Origin: Vicugna vicugna
Lineage: Eukaryota
Reading direction: 5' to 3'
Assembly: GCA_013265495.1 (NCBI GenBank)
Contig: MU057865.1
Coordinates: 1 to 64,000, forward strand
Length of the DNA: 64,000 nucleotides
Positions 22,863 to 36,500 of this stretch are shown here, piece after piece. The notes under the pieces are model-generated. The model saw only the letters and a program-made list of their open reading frames with translations. It was not told where the DNA came from and made no database searches. Within the stretch, counting starts at the first letter, position 1; each line of letters starts with the position of its first letter. Position numbers and translations under genes: made by a program.

Positions 22863-24977
22863 TTAGACTGTTAGTAAAACAAATAAATAAACAACTTGTA
22901 ATTTAGTCCTCCAAGATATGGCTTTTTGAAACCTACATTTTTTTTTAAATATCAAAAATTCTTTCTCTTACAAATAAAAGCTTCGATTTCCAGACTATTG
23001 TTTCTGTTGTGGGCTCTACAAAGTCAAAGCTGACCAATGATTCCTTATTCCCACCATATTTGTCATTTCCCCAAAGCCAGTGCCTACAGAAAACTGTCCC
23101 TGATGCCCAACAGAGAGGGAAAGAATTAAAGAAATTCAAATTTAAGAGATCCTATTAAAATCTGTAAATATTGTCCTGATACATGTGACAAAATACATCC
23201 CAAGAAGTAAAACAGCACAGGCTTGTCACACTGACGACATAAATATAGCCTGATTTCACTTGTTCACAACTGCCCTCTACCCCTTATCATGCTTATACCC
23301 CCTCCATGGCTCTTTGACGCTTTTACTTTAGGGGGTCATCTGCATCTTGCAAACACCCCAGTTTCATGTTACATATACTTGCATATGCTCAGGGAGAGAA
23401 AAAAAAATTCTACTAATAATTTCTCTGTAAGTCTAGCTTTCTTTAATAACATCAAATTCGTCAATGTCACAAGAAAATCTGGTAAAGAGTGGATCTTTAG
23501 ATTTTGTTGGAGGGTTGGTTTAAAAGCTGGAAAAGATAGCCATTTTAACTGGCATAAACAGCCCATTTCTTCTAGGAGGGGCCAGTCTGGTGGATGGTCT
23601 TAGTTATTTCTATCTAAGATTACTGCCTTCTTATTATTTTAGAGAAGAATGGAAGATCATGAAGGAATTCAAATACAGGCACTTCAGAGTCAGATATCAT
23701 GCTCTGTTTATTAGGGTGCTGAAAAATGGGCATAATGTTACAACATTATATAAATCATAGTATCTGCTTATTATGTTCTCTTCCCAGGATTTAAACTCCC
23801 TATGCCATCTCTCTTGAGATGTGCATGCATGTGCTCTTGCTCAGTATTTGCCAATAGAAAATTGGAAGACACCATAATAAGGTAGAAGGTACCTTCAATC
23901 CTCAACTTCTCTCTCTTTTAGGCTAGAGCAAAGGCTTTAAAAAGTGTTATCAGGGCTGGGCACAGATTAACCTTGGAGTGGACTTGTAACATTCTACTTG
24001 TGGGGGGACCCAGAGCTAAGTAGTCCTTACTTAGGAAATTGTAGAAGCTAGAAATAGTCTTACAGTTGAGTGAGAAGAGGTCAGTGAAGGAAGCAGACAT
24101 AGTAGCTCTGGAAGGGAACAGAAAAAGACTTTCTTTGATTTTAGAGAACTGAGTTCTAGGTTTTGAGAAGAACCTTATTCAAAAGCTACTAGTAGACATG
24201 CAAGCCAGAGATAAGGAGAAGGGAGCCTTTGGAGAGTCCACTGGGGAGGTTCACAGCTAGTGGACTTTGGGGAAAATCTTATAATTTTCCACATTTTAGT
24301 TTATCCACGTTTCCTTTAACTTTTTATGAAGTCTTATAAGCACTAGAAGCTGTCTTCTGCCCTTACTGTGTGCAATTACTGTCCAGGTCTGGCCTACCCT
24401 TAAGTAAAAAGTGCAGAAGAAGTGGCAGCTGTCTTAAAAAACAAACAAAACTGGTTTCCTAGTGGCAGAAATGACCACAGGAAAACAGTTCAGCTGTCTG
24501 AAGGCAGTATCGAGCTGCACCAGGCAACCCCCTCAGCCATCCTGGATGTGTCCAAAGACATTTGAGAAGGACATGGTTAAAGTCTGAGCTTTTGCAGGCC
24601 TGCAGCATGGGGGACTGTGTCATAATGATCTGAACATCAGAAGGAGACTTGACTTCAGTCACAGGCTGCTGAAGTCTGAGACATCTGAATTCTAGCAACA
24701 ATAATCCTTTCCCATACCTAGGGTTAAAAGACCCCCTAAGATATAGAAATACTTCCACACTAGGAAAAAGGGACTGTCCTTGGCTTCTTCAGCCCCAACT
24801 CAAGCACCTCCTGGATGCTCTCACATCCAGCAACTAGAATCAACGCCCACAGCTGGGGGTCCCTAGAGCTTGTTCTAGCATTGCCACAACATGCTGGTTC
24901 TCAGATTATTCGGCTACACATAACTGAGCTTGACTGTAAGATATAGAAGAAAATATTTTTAAATGATATTTCTTCTT

Positions 24978-25143
24978 TTCTTTTCTTTTTTTTTTTTATT
25001 GAGTTATAGTCAGTTTACAATGTGTCAGTTTGGTAATTGGGTTCATTTATCTATTTATATTAATGGCGGTACAGGGGATTGAACCCAGGACCTTGTGCTT
25101 GCTAACCAGGCACGCTACCACTGAGCTACACCCCTATACCCTA
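24978..25143 (-). mobile_element. Vic-1-like SINE fused to the terminal ~35 nt of an L1 3' UTR (chimeric retrocopy)
   Basis: SINE at 25032-25141, L1 end at ~24998-25031, then the T-tract. One TSD, matching at 15 of 17 positions, at 24961-24977 and 25144-25160. Confidence 0.85.
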
Positions 25144-26789
25144 AAATGGTATTTATTCTTAAAGAACTTATTTGGGGGAAAATAAAGAGCAACCCATGTA
25201 GGCTAAATGAAGAACGCTACAGTAAATACCTCATGAATACAGAGCCATAGGGAACTGTAAAAAGTTGGCATAATCAAGGAGACTGAGGGAACTCAGGTGA
25301 AGGGAAAATATAATTTTCTTAAAGATGGAGTGTTGGCATCTCTCCTGTCCTGGGTTGGGTTCATATTTTCACATTACCCTTAGTCTTACAATACAGATAC
25401 TTGCCACATGATAAAATGCAGTGGTCTCCAGGCTGTGTAATTCAGCCTCCCTTGTTTATTTGCCAACCACTCATCACTGTGTTGATTTTTCTGTGCAGTA
25501 GTAATTGGAGAAATTATGTGGCTGTGATATGAGGAAAGAGAAAAATGGGCCATCCCTTGTCCTAAGTTATGGAGATGCCAAAATCATCAGGGCCAACTCT
25601 TTTATGACTGTATTCCCAATACAATTTGGAATCAACTATATATAAATAATGATCCAGTTAATTCATTTAAATGAATTCACTAATTTAGAATGAATTGTGA
25701 TTAACTGTTAGGAGCAGCATCTTGAATATTAAGTCCATACAATGCTGATTGTATATTTAACTCAGAAAGAAGGCAGTAAAAAGCAAACTGATGAAATGTA
25801 GAATATACGGGAATAAAACTAGAGGATGTAAGAAAATCCAACTGTGTGTGTGCACTTTGTAAAAGTTTAACAGTTTCTAAAAGTCAGTATTATCATCCCA
25901 ATATTTAAAGAAAAATCAGATTAATGATACCACTTGTCAAGAAACGGATGAAAGAAGTTATAACAGAAGAAAACTAAATAAATTTCCCACTGCCTTCAGT
26001 GGACCAAAGTGAAATATTTGCCTAATCGGGTATCAGAGTGGAACCTTTCACTATTTTACTGTCCTGTAAACAAAAGCTGTTTTCAAAAGTCAGATAATTA
26101 AGTGTCAGAGCATGAGATAGTCAAGTACATGTGGGAAAAACATTAAGAAACCACTCGCCTCGCCCCACCCCCAATAAAACTGCATATCATTTTCTTAAAG
26201 GAAAAGGTTCTCTAGAAAGTTTTGTGAAGCATGTCCTAGGAGTAGGGGCATAGCTGTGTTAATGAAAATTTGGGCAGAAATTATTTTTTTCATTGAATTA
26301 AAAAGATGAATTCCAGGAAAGGAGAGGCTTTTGGTAATACATGACTCAAAAGAAAAAGCTTGGCCATTTTCTATCAACCATTATATTCTTTATAATGTAT
26401 GGAGTTCTGCAGGGTCCTCATGACCCTACCATGAGCTCATGGCCATGAGTGATGCAACGGAATATTAATCAGACCTTCCCCATCCTATGGCATGAAGAAG
26501 AGACTAGCAACAAGAACCTCCCCTTTTCTAGGAGCAAGTATATTGTATGAAAACCATTCCTTCTGAATTTCTAATATTTCAAAACGGGGCCCTAATTTTC
26601 AGGCTTTGTGAGTACAATAGTTTTGTGACTCAAATATGTCTTTTTAGTCCTTTTTTCTACCCTCACCCTCCTCCAGTGGCTACCGTTACTTTGAAGTGTG
26701 TTTCTAGAACCTAGCCATGCTGTAATCCTCTGTTTCTTTTGAAAAAAGTGATATTGATGGTTTAGGGGGCTTAACTGAAAGAGAATGTT

Positions 26790-27045
26790 GGCCCACCTCT
26801 TGGCTGAGACCTCATTTCACCAGAGTCTTTCTTCGGACCCTGGATTAGGTTAATCCCCACCCTCCCACACCCCCACCCACAGACACGCCCATAAAACCAA
26901 GAGCTTCCTTGTTTATCCTGGCTTGTTGACGCCAATCTCCCGCACTGGACCATGAGAAGGGTGCTGACGCTTTGTCCCTGCTGTAACCACAGTCCCAGAG
27001 AGGTGCCCGGGACACAGTCAGCAGTCCATGTATGTGTGCTGAATT
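26790..27045 (+). mobile_element. L2 remnant
   Basis: tcatttcaccagagtctttcttcggaccc...tgtaaccacagtcccagagaggtgcccgggacacagtcagcagtccatgtatgtgtgctgaat resembles the L2 3' end. Confidence 0.5.
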
Positions 27046-28859
27046 CAGATAAAGTATATCCTTCACTATAAATGTTTATATATATATTATTACATTGCAT
27101 TATCTATTGTATATACTTCATTAATTATATAATATACTTAACTTTACTCTTAATTTCAGCTAGCATAGGAAATTTCTAATCAGATTCCTATCTTGGAAAT
27201 ATTTCTTTTTCTACCTGGAAGATTTTTCTCTAGAAAAACTTAAAACCACAAAACTAATACTTTCTTTTTAATAAAAAAAAAATGTTAAAGCTAAGACCAT
27301 GAATTGTTCAAAAAAAAGCTGCATTCTCCTTCATTTCACTGTATTTTAAGGATAAAAATTGTCCTGAAAATAAACTACTAGGCTGAAGAGCCACGATGAG
27401 CTAATAGAGAGGTTCTCCGTGTGCAGGGGGGTCCTAACCCGCAAAGACGACATACTAGAAGAAAAGTGCATCCTCCCGCCCACTCTGCCCTCATCCCAGG
27501 CAGGGTGCGGGCCGGTCTTCAAGGCCGAAGGGGAGGAGCCCGTCCTGCCACTAAGACTTTATCACTAGTTTAAAAGCTTTATTGATTCACATCTGCTGAT
27601 GTTTATTAGCTTCATTCTGGAAAGAAGGAATTTGAGAGGAGAGAGAGAGAATGAGAGGGCATAACACACTTCACATGGGGAAGAGAGGGTGCCTTGTAAA
27701 GAGGACAGATCTCACCAAGCTTTGCAACCCTCCATGACACCTGGGAACTTTTCCATGGGACAATTTCTGCCCATGCTTGCAGTCTGCAGTACCATCCTAA
27801 AGTCTTTTGTTTTTACCAAATAAGAACTGACGGATACCTTCCTGGCAGTTGGGAGGTGGTACTGTCCTGGAGTAAGGCCTGCATGGCACCCTGATGAGGA
27901 GAAGACAGAGCCTGCGTGTTCAGTCAACCAGAGTAGCATTTTCTGGGCTGAGCCCTAATGATTAAGAAACCAGACTTGCCTCAGGAGCTGTGCATCTTGA
28001 TAGAAGAAGTACCGGACACACTACCACTCATTATTTCTGTATGAGGCCTAAATAGTTCTGTTTTTTTGGGGTTTTTTAATTCTCTAAGAAGGAAAAAAAG
28101 ATCCAAAAATAACGGTTATGAATTCTTAATTATAACTTGTAATAGTCATAATCCCAGAGAATTGTTAGTGTGTTACCTGCCCTCAGCTCCATCCTGGGAT
28201 ACACAATTAGCAGGCCAGTCATTAAATGCTAGTGATGACTAATTATTCCAGAATTTAAAGCTTAAATATAAATAAAAATGAGATCGAAACTCTTTAAATT
28301 AATGAATGAATGCATCTTCTCTTTACTATGATTGGACCTTATATTTTGATCTTATGAACCATGTTATTTCTTGAGGGGATGCGGCTGATTCTGAGTAGGA
28401 TTTGATTTACGTCTGTAAGAGATGCTTAATCTAACACACATTGGCTATTATTTTACAAGTCCCTGTACTTCCTCTTAATGGAATCAACTTACATATTCCT
28501 CAGGTCTTTGGGAGGTTGTTTTGAGGTGTTCAGGTTTGTATTTCATTTTTTGACATGGCTCACGCATTGCAATTTTAAAGCCTTTTTTCCTTACTTCACT
28601 AGCCCCAGAATCACACATACACAGACATCTTTGCTGCATTATTAATGTCATTATTCTCAACCAAAATCAACTCCGCATAAGCTTGGTCCACGGCTGTCTC
28701 ACTAGAATGACGTATCACCTTTGGATAGAATTTTATCATTCGATTTTTAGGTCCAGTTGTGCAAATGTGAATTCACATGTCTCCTCTGATCCACAAAGTA
28801 TATCTGAGATAGAAGGAGTGAGGTTTATACTGGTTCCATTTTTTTTTTTTTTAAACAAG

Positions 28860-28940
28860 AAAGCCAGGGCAAAGAGAGGTCGCGTGAACTGCCCGAGGCC
28901 ACACAGCAGGTCTGTGTCAGAGCCAGAGCTGAGATCAAGT
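28860..28940 (-). mobile_element. MIR core remnant
   Basis: agagaggtcgcgtgaactgcccgaggccacacagcaggtctgtgtcagagccagagct. Confidence 0.6.
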
Positions 28941-29378
28941 GATGGAGCAGAAGCAGCCCCAGGCTGGGATCCAGCAACCCGATTCCTTTCTTTGCTCTGT
29001 CAAGCTGGAAATATGTGTAAACTTTGAGGGCTCTAGCTTTCTAGTGGCAGCTTCCTCACAAGTAAAACGAGGTTTTAAACTTGGCAGCCTTCAAGGTCTC
29101 TTCTGGTTCTGGCTTCTTAATTCACAGATCTGTCTGCTGTTCCCCTAAAAGGCAGTTTAATTAAAACCGTGATGTAATTCAGTTGTGTTTAAAAAAAATG
29201 CATTAAGGTGAACTGAATTAACTGGAGGCAAGATGATAAGGGTGAGAAAATATGAGCTCTGTCCAAAATGACAAGTTCTGGGGAACAGAGAATGGTATTT
29301 TTGGTAAAGAGGATGCTAAAACACGGTTGTGGAAACATGACAAATTCTGGACGTATAATCAAGGCAGCTATATAAGGT

Positions 29379-29650
29379 TATGAACAAAAACACTGCAAAC
29401 CATATCAGTATACAGAGAATACTGAAGCCATCAAGTCATCAGTGGCTGCTGCCACCCCACAGTGAGGACAAGCTTGCAGCCCGGCCTCTGCAGCCTCCCA
29501 TAACGGTGCACCCTGAGGGGACTCAGAATAAGAAAGGACAGGACACTGGCCCTAGACAGCAAGGTGCTTGTCAAAGGAATGAATTCAATGAGCCCCAATG
29601 CTTGCTTCCTCACATAAATAGAAAAGCGCTAAATTCTTTAACTTGAGATG
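29379..29650 (+). mobile_element. 5' half of an ERV1-type LTR (3' part missing)
   Basis: Colinear with 2968-3188: ctgagggga.tcag...ggccctaga...ttcaatga.ccc...tagaaaag.gctaaa.tc.ttaacttgagatg. Confidence 0.8.
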
Positions 29651-29916
29651 CATAACTCTTAACTTTTAGGCTATGCATTGATTTCAGTCACCAAGGTGAT
29701 GAGAAAAGAATAAAATTATATTATAACAGTTTAAATTCTGTGAGACTTTAGAAAAAGGAGACTCAATAATGAGTTTCTTTGACAGCCTGTGGCATTTATT
29801 TTTTCCATCTTGGTTTGAATGCAAAACTTTTTGGGCATCTCTCATTCTCCCTTCCTTCTCTGCTAGAATCTCAGCAGGGCAGTCTAGAGCTTTGAGCCCC
29901 ATTACTGGCTTCAAAG

Positions 29917-30420
29917 TGTTAACTAAAAACTGGCACCCGCCATCTGCCTCTGTAAGGACTGATCACCTCGGCACTCGCCATCTAACTCTGCCTGGATTAA
30001 ATCACGAGCCGCTCTCGCCACTGACCTCCAACACTCCCTGAAAAGAGTTCAGGATGGAGGTCAGGAAGAAGGCGCTCTGTGCTCTGGGAACACTGGGCTG
30101 AACAGGCTTCAGATAGTCAGATATTTTTCAGGAGAAGATTTTATGACCCCAATTCTTGCTTCTCCTCCTATCTAGAAAAACACTAAATTCATCAACGGTG
30201 GCAGCTGCTCCTCGTGACTAATAGCTAGCCCCTGCCTAAGTATGTGCTTGACTGATGGACCCCCTTCACTGAAACCACATGTAACACTGAGCCCTCCCCT
30301 TGCCTCTTCAGAGCAGCTCCTCAGAACTTTCTGGGATGCTGTCTCCCGGGCTACAGTCCTCATTTTGCCCCCAGTAAAACTTACCCCACAACTCTCACGT
30401 TGTGTGAATTTCAGTCCACA
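29917..30420 (+). mobile_element. ERV1-type solo LTR
   Basis: tgttaac...gtccaca termini with a perfect 4-bp TSD aaag (29913-29916, 30421-30424). The 3' part is similar to the LTR at 2968-3433 (tcccgg.ct..agtcct). Confidence 0.88.
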
Positions 30421-31194
30421 AAAGCCAAGTTAGATCATTAAGGTGAAGCCTCTAGGCTCACCCAATATCCCACATGCTCCCCAGTTCTGCCCACCAGAGA
30501 CAGATGTGTACACAGACACACACATTCTTTCTCCTTATTTTCTCAAGGAAATGCAGGATACAAGCACACAGGCAGAATAAAAGTTTGGATGAGATATGAA
30601 TGCAACACGTTGTTGTGCAGGCAATACTGACAAGTCCTTTCCTTCATTTGAGCTCATCTTGGTCCCCAGTATTAGCCCATGATGCATCCTAAACTGCTTC
30701 ATGCTTTTCAAAGCTTTCTTCACCGAGTAAGTACAAAGTCCTGTGAGGTTGGTCGATTCCGGATCACGCTTCCCAGTTTATAGACAAACAGTCAACGACA
30801 AGAAGAGTTGGATTAGAGCCACACAAATGTGTGCTCATCACTGATACAGAAGGAACCCAGCCCAAAGGGTTACTTACTGAACATTCAATAAATATAAACA
30901 TATTAAGTCATATCTTTAATTGAATGAAACAAAGTTTAAAGGAGTATTTATTGAGACATTTCTAACTAAACCTAACCAAACCTATAACTTTTTTTAAAAC
31001 TGGTGAGCTAGAATAAAACTAATACATTACTATATTGTTGATTGTGAACTCAAAGGGAATTAGAGCATATGTTTGTAGTAAACCGCTTCGTGTTATAATC
31101 ATGATGATTTTGGTCTTGGTGACTGCAAAAGGTAATTCTGGGCATGCCTGGTAAGTGTGATAGTTTCTGAAAATCATCAGACAAAAGGAGGGCA

Positions 31195-33065
31195 GTGAAG
31201 AGGCAAAAAGATAAATGACAAACTGAAAGAATATATTTGCAAGTCATATAGCAGAGAAATGCTTAATGTCCCTGACATACTAATGTCTTCTAAAGCCCAA
31301 TGACCCTACAGAAATGTGGGCTGGAGAAAACAGACAGGCACAGAAACATAAATCCAAGTGGCTCGTATCCATGTAAAAATACGCTCACAAGAGAAATGCA
31401 GATGGAAACCACAAGGTATTCCTTATATATGAGATCAGCAGAAATCCAGAGTTGACAGCATACTCTGTAGGTGGGAGTGTGGGGGAGCAAGTAGTCTCAA
31501 ACATTTCTGGTGGGAAGGAAAAGTAGCAAAATCATGACAGAGAGATTTTTGGCAAGCGTTGCATTTATCTTTTGACCCAGCAATTCCAATTCCCGGACTC
31601 CAGCCCCAAATTCACCGGTAAAAATATAAATAGACATACATGTAAGATGTTCATTTCTAGTCTACTTGTAATAGGAAGAAACCAGATACAAGACACAAGG
31701 TACATGTTTACTAGCAGGCGACTGGCTGCATGAACTGTGGACCATCCAGCCAGCCACACAATGGAGTGCTTCTTGCCGTGAAAAGGAAAGAGAATCGTCG
31801 CTATGTGCTGCTATGTAGTGATATCCGGGTGATACTGCAAGTACAGAAAACAAGGTGATGGAAAGCATGCTCTAATTTATATAAGAAAGAGTTGAATATA
31901 AATCTACAATTATACATGTGTATATCTGTACATATGTAATATATAAACTTATAATGATATATTTTTGAAAGCTAATTGGAATCCATTAGAAGATGGTAGT
32001 GGTTTGAAAACTGGTCAATAAAAAGAAAGAATTAAACATCTATCCTAAATTTCCCATATACACTGAACCGCTGGGTCACCAAATAGTTAAAAGGAGAAGC
32101 TCACAAGATCTTATGGTAGCTCACAGAGAAAAAAAATGTGACAATGAATATATATATATATGTTCATGTATAACTGAAAAATTGTGCTGTACTCTGGAAT
32201 TTGACACAACATTGTAAAATGATTATAAATCAATAAAAAATGTTAAAAAAAGAGAGAAGTTCCTCTTTATAGAAATACCCTAGATAATGAACAAAAAGAG
32301 AATACAGAGCGTTATTATTGTGAAACCGCCAATGGATTAATGGGTCAATGTAATGAGCATCAGTGGATACTAACATCATAGCCAAAGTGAATGTCTCTTG
32401 ATGGAAGAAAACACCACCTTCTATGAGTTTATTTGCCAAAAAACAAACTGAACCTGAATCTGATTAAACCTCCTCCAGGTCTATCAACTGAATGCCAATT
32501 TCAAGAAATACAGAGGAAGAGGAAGGTGCTATGTGACATTATAGTGTTGCAATCAGCAAAATCACGACTGTGGAAAATGCTACATGACAAATGACCAAAT
32601 TTCTCCCGCAAATAGTATGCAAAGAAAATGAAAAGAGATGGAGAGAGAGCTTATAAATTAAAAAAGGAACCCATGAGATAATAGCTATCAATAAGAATTC
32701 ATTGGTCCTTATTCGGATCCTAATTCAGAGAAAGAAACTGGGGACACATGATATTTATGAAACCATTAGAAATGTGAGTACTGACTGGCTACTGAATGTT
32801 ATTAGATAAATGATTTTAACTTCTTTTATGTGTGATAATGACAGTGTGGTTATTTTTTAAGTTATTGTATTTTTGAGATGCATAATAAAATATTTATAAC
32901 AGAGATAATATAAGTTCTGGAAGAAGCAAGTCAGGACAGAGATGAAACAAGATTGTCCACGAGTCAATGCATTTTGGGCCAGTGTCATACACACAGGAAG
33001 TTTCATTACACTATTTCTGTCTGTTTTGGTATATGTTTTAAACTTCCATAATAAAATATTGTTAA
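31195..33065 (+). mobile_element. Old L1MC/L1ME 3' region
   Basis: ttttgacccagcaattccaattcc...gatgttcatttctagtctacttgtaata...; ends with an L1MC4-like 3' UTR (tgtttttaaacttccataataaaa-like). Confidence 0.75.
32102..32251 (+). mobile_element. Very short young L1 3' end inserted in the old L1
   Basis: cacaagatcttatggtagctcacagag...ggaatttgacacaacattgtaaaatgattataaatcaataaaaaatgtt+A is near-identical to 56593-56731. Imperfect TSD aaaa(g/ga)gagaag. Confidence 0.92.
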
Positions 33066-33462
33066 AAATGTGGGAGATGAGAAGGTGGACTGAGTCGATT
33101 TTTTGTTGTTAATTAAGGGTCCACCATGTCACTGGTCAACTGATGATTCGTGATCATTGGGACACCATCCTAGGTCCTTATAAGACAGAATCTTCACAAG
33201 ACAGAAATACCTGAGCCTTCCATGCTTCTATATAAATCACGTAGCCCTCTACCAAAAATCAGTGCAAATAAACCTCTGTATGTTTTCATAGTTCCCTAAG
33301 TCTCACACTTAAAACACTAAAAACATAGCTGCAAATGCAGGGTCTCCTGTAGCCAATGCTGAACTCCATTCAGAATTCCCAGCAAAAGGATTTCAAGCAG
33401 AAAGTCCTCGATGAAGTCGAACTTGAGAAGGTGCTTGAAATTTCTTTATAGTGGACCCACAA

Positions 33463-33988
33463 TGCCTAGTGTGCAATAAAATGCTTAATAACACCTGTTG
33501 AATGAATGAATGAATGAATGAATAAATGACAGAACGTGGTACAGGGATTAAGAGTGTGGATAGACTTCATATTTAGGTGATGGGAGTCTGAGTCTGAGCC
33601 CTCTTTACTAGTAAATAATAAAACGCATTCTCCTAAAGTGGTTCTGAGACCAGTATTCCATGATAAAATCCACACAGGATGCTAGTACAATCTGGCACAG
33701 ACTGAACAGTCAGCAAGTAATAGTTAAGTGCCTAGTGTGCAATAAATGCTTAATAACACCTGTTGAATGAATGAATGAATGAATAAATGACAGAACGTGG
33801 CACAGGGATTAAGAGTGTGGATAGACTTCATATTTAGGTGATGGGAGTCTGAGTCTGAGCCCTCTTTACTAGTAAATAATAAAACGCATTCTCCTAAAGT
33901 GGTTCTGAGACCAGTATTCCATGATAAAATCCACACAGGATGCTAGTACAATCTGGCACAGACTGAACAGTCAGCAAGTAATAGTTAA
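33463..33988. repeat. Near-perfect tandem duplication (265 bp + 260 bp)
   Basis: Copy 1 is 33463-33727 and copy 2 is 33729-33988. They differ by one A, one AATG unit and one T/C substitution. Confidence 0.97.
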
Positions 33989-36344
33989 TGATACAGATAC
34001 AGATGTTTCAGAAATTACCCAATGCAGCAAGATATATAGCTATGCACGGATATACGCAGAGGCGGCTGTGTGTATCTAAATAGACGGGTGCATGGGTGGA
34101 TAGACAGACCATGTGGACACCGCCATGAGCAGAAGAACGGTAAGATTTAACCTGCATGCTGGGCAGAGAACCAGATGAGAATCTGACTCTGCCATGAATC
34201 ACAAGTTTGACATCAGTCAAAACACTCAACCTCACTGTGTCTGACGAAGTTAAAAACACCTGTAGGGCATATTTAAATGCCATGGCTGGATCAGCAGTGC
34301 AATCTTTTGACATGAAATATTCAGCATGAGGCAGATGTAGATCACTAGGGCACGGAGAAGTAGCTCCTATTTATGTCTTTCCTAAGCCATAGAAGCACAC
34401 AGTTAGTGACAGCTGTCCGACTCGGTGCTCCTTAACTCCAGCTTCCACTTTCCAGTGTGAGATCCTCCTCTCCTAGGCCAGCTGACCTACATCCGATGTA
34501 TGTTAGCACTTGTACTGTAATGAGCCTAAGACTGCAGAAAAAATAAATCAACTGACACCTGGGCAGCTGGATGGCGGAATGGACAGAAATATTTACGATA
34601 GAAGTCTACAATAATCCAAGACTTCCTCTTCGACCCTGATCTCCTCAGGCTTAGTCTGTCCTCTTCACCGTCCCATCTGTAAATGGAGCTGGTTTCAGTG
34701 TTCAGATGCATATACACCTGTTTCTTTTGTGTATGGTCTTGTCTCCAAAGTCAGAGACCTCAGATCCATAGAGTTCAGTCTGGAAAGGGCCTTAGAGATA
34801 AATCTAACAAAGCCTAGAGATGAAGGGGCTTGCCTGAGGTTCCAGAGCCTGAAGGTCATGGAGGGGTTATGCTAAAACACAGGACTCCCGACCACAACCC
34901 TTGACAGTACACTGCTCTTTCCACTAGCTGAGGCAGCCCCCCAAAACTGTTCTTGGCTATCCAAAAAAATATAGCAAGGACAAAGAATGACCCATGGTTC
35001 TTCTTAGATAACTTCCTTACAGCCTTTGATATCAAAGGCACAAAATTCTATGCCAGTGAGTGAATCAATGGATACTGCTGTGATGAACTGGAGTTCCTGT
35101 AATTTTCATCCTGTGATATTTACACATAAAACTACCCGCTCCCTTGAGGAAGGCAACACCAGGTGGGAAACGTTGGGTCTGCAGTATTAGCTATGGTTTT
35201 ACAAAACAATGATTCTGGCAACTGGGAACTAGGTCCTGATTAGGGAAAGAATAGAGTTACAGGGCCCAGAAGTCATGGTGACCTTTCCAACCGCTCCTTC
35301 CATTTTAATTAATTAGATTCCAATGAGCAGGCAGGTGAATCAGTCTGTGTCCTCCAAGAAATCTAATTTTCCTTCTCTATAATATCCTGGAAAAAAATAA
35401 AATAAAACCTTTTGTAAAGTCCTCATCATCAAATAAAGAGACAGATTGACATTCCAGCCTCACTTTGGGGTCTGGGCAGAGTATTGTCAGACATCCGTGG
35501 AAGAATCCAGATTATTTTCTGGCGCTGGTAGATGACTCCAAAATCACCAGCAAAGCAAGCAGCGCTCAGGCACAAAGGCTGACTTCCACGCAGCACAGCG
35601 AACAGAATTGTGCTCCACTGCTCCCCGCTTTGGGGTTTCTCTCTCTCCATCCACAAATGAGCAACTTCCATACTTTCAGAAATACTATAAGAATCCCATA
35701 CTTTCAGAATCCCACCTCGGCGACTCCTTGCCAAGGGACTGAGGAGTGACTTGCGTGGCAGGTGAGGTGAGGAAGAAGGAACTGAGTCAAGCTGACTCCT
35801 GGGATCTCTCACACACCAGCCTGCAGGTGTTTACCCTGCTACTACTACCCTCCATGGGGCGAATGAACTGGGCGATGGCTCACATCTGCCTTCTAGCAGG
35901 GAGGAGGTCCTTCTCCTGCTGTCTCCACTGCCAGGACCCACAGGGATGAGGCAGGGATGCTGCAGAAGAGCGTGTGTTTTGCACACCCTCCCTCTCCTAC
36001 ACAGAGACCAGGTGTGTGTTTAGTGGGGTGGGGGAGCCATACCAGGATCTAAATGTGAGGAGAGCTGTTAAGATATGCTGTTGCAACCATAAGTGTGCAC
36101 TGCATTCTTCAATCTAGTGTCACCAATAATATCCATCTATCCGACTGCCATCTCATTCTCCATTGGTCCATAAACTGGGGAGAGGAAAAGAGGTTCATTA
36201 TTTATTTCCTCTCCTCTGAAAAACAAACAACAAACACTCTTCCAGAGAACTGGACCATGCTTCAGTGGGAACCGTCTTGTCACCTGTCTCATTTGTACAC
36301 CTGATAAAGTTCATTGGAAAAAAAAAGGCAGCAGCCAGTACTAA

Positions 36345-36500
36345 GTTCCTGGATCTAAGGAAAGTCTCACTGTTTGAAGTTGTCTAATCTATGTCCGTGG
36401 ACAAATCACTGATCCCTCTGTGCCCCAGTTTTCACTTTTGAAAAATGAAGGGTCAGGACTGTGAGCAGATATTAAGTCCTTCCCAGCTTGAACAGTCCCC
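36345..36500 (+). mobile_element. MIR3 remnant
   Basis: ggacaaatcactgatccctctgtgccccagttttcacttttgaaaaatgaaggg...taagtccttcccagct. Confidence 0.65.

Noticed and set aside
33356..33451. Short helical-looking ORF MLNSIQNSQQKDFKQKVLDEVELEKVLEISL
   Set aside because: Only 31 aa, no supporting splice or promoter context, and the DNA resembles decayed L2-type sequence.
33463..33988. Repeat array of CRISPR or satellite type
   Set aside because: Only two long adjacent copies with no spacers, in eukaryotic DNA. It is a simple tandem duplication.
34559..34676. Minus-strand exon candidate (ttacag|ATGGGA...CCCAG|gtgtca) with one open frame WDGEEDRLSLRRSGSKRKSWIIVDFYRKYFCPFRHPAAQ
   Set aside because: Weak donor, unrecognised peptide and no partner coding exons.
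35669..35712. Short direct repeats (ccatactttcagaa x2; also aagttaacagagg x2 near 39385 and cttcctgaagactcagc x2 at 56909-56943)
   Set aside because: Ordinary slippage micro-duplications with no further structure.
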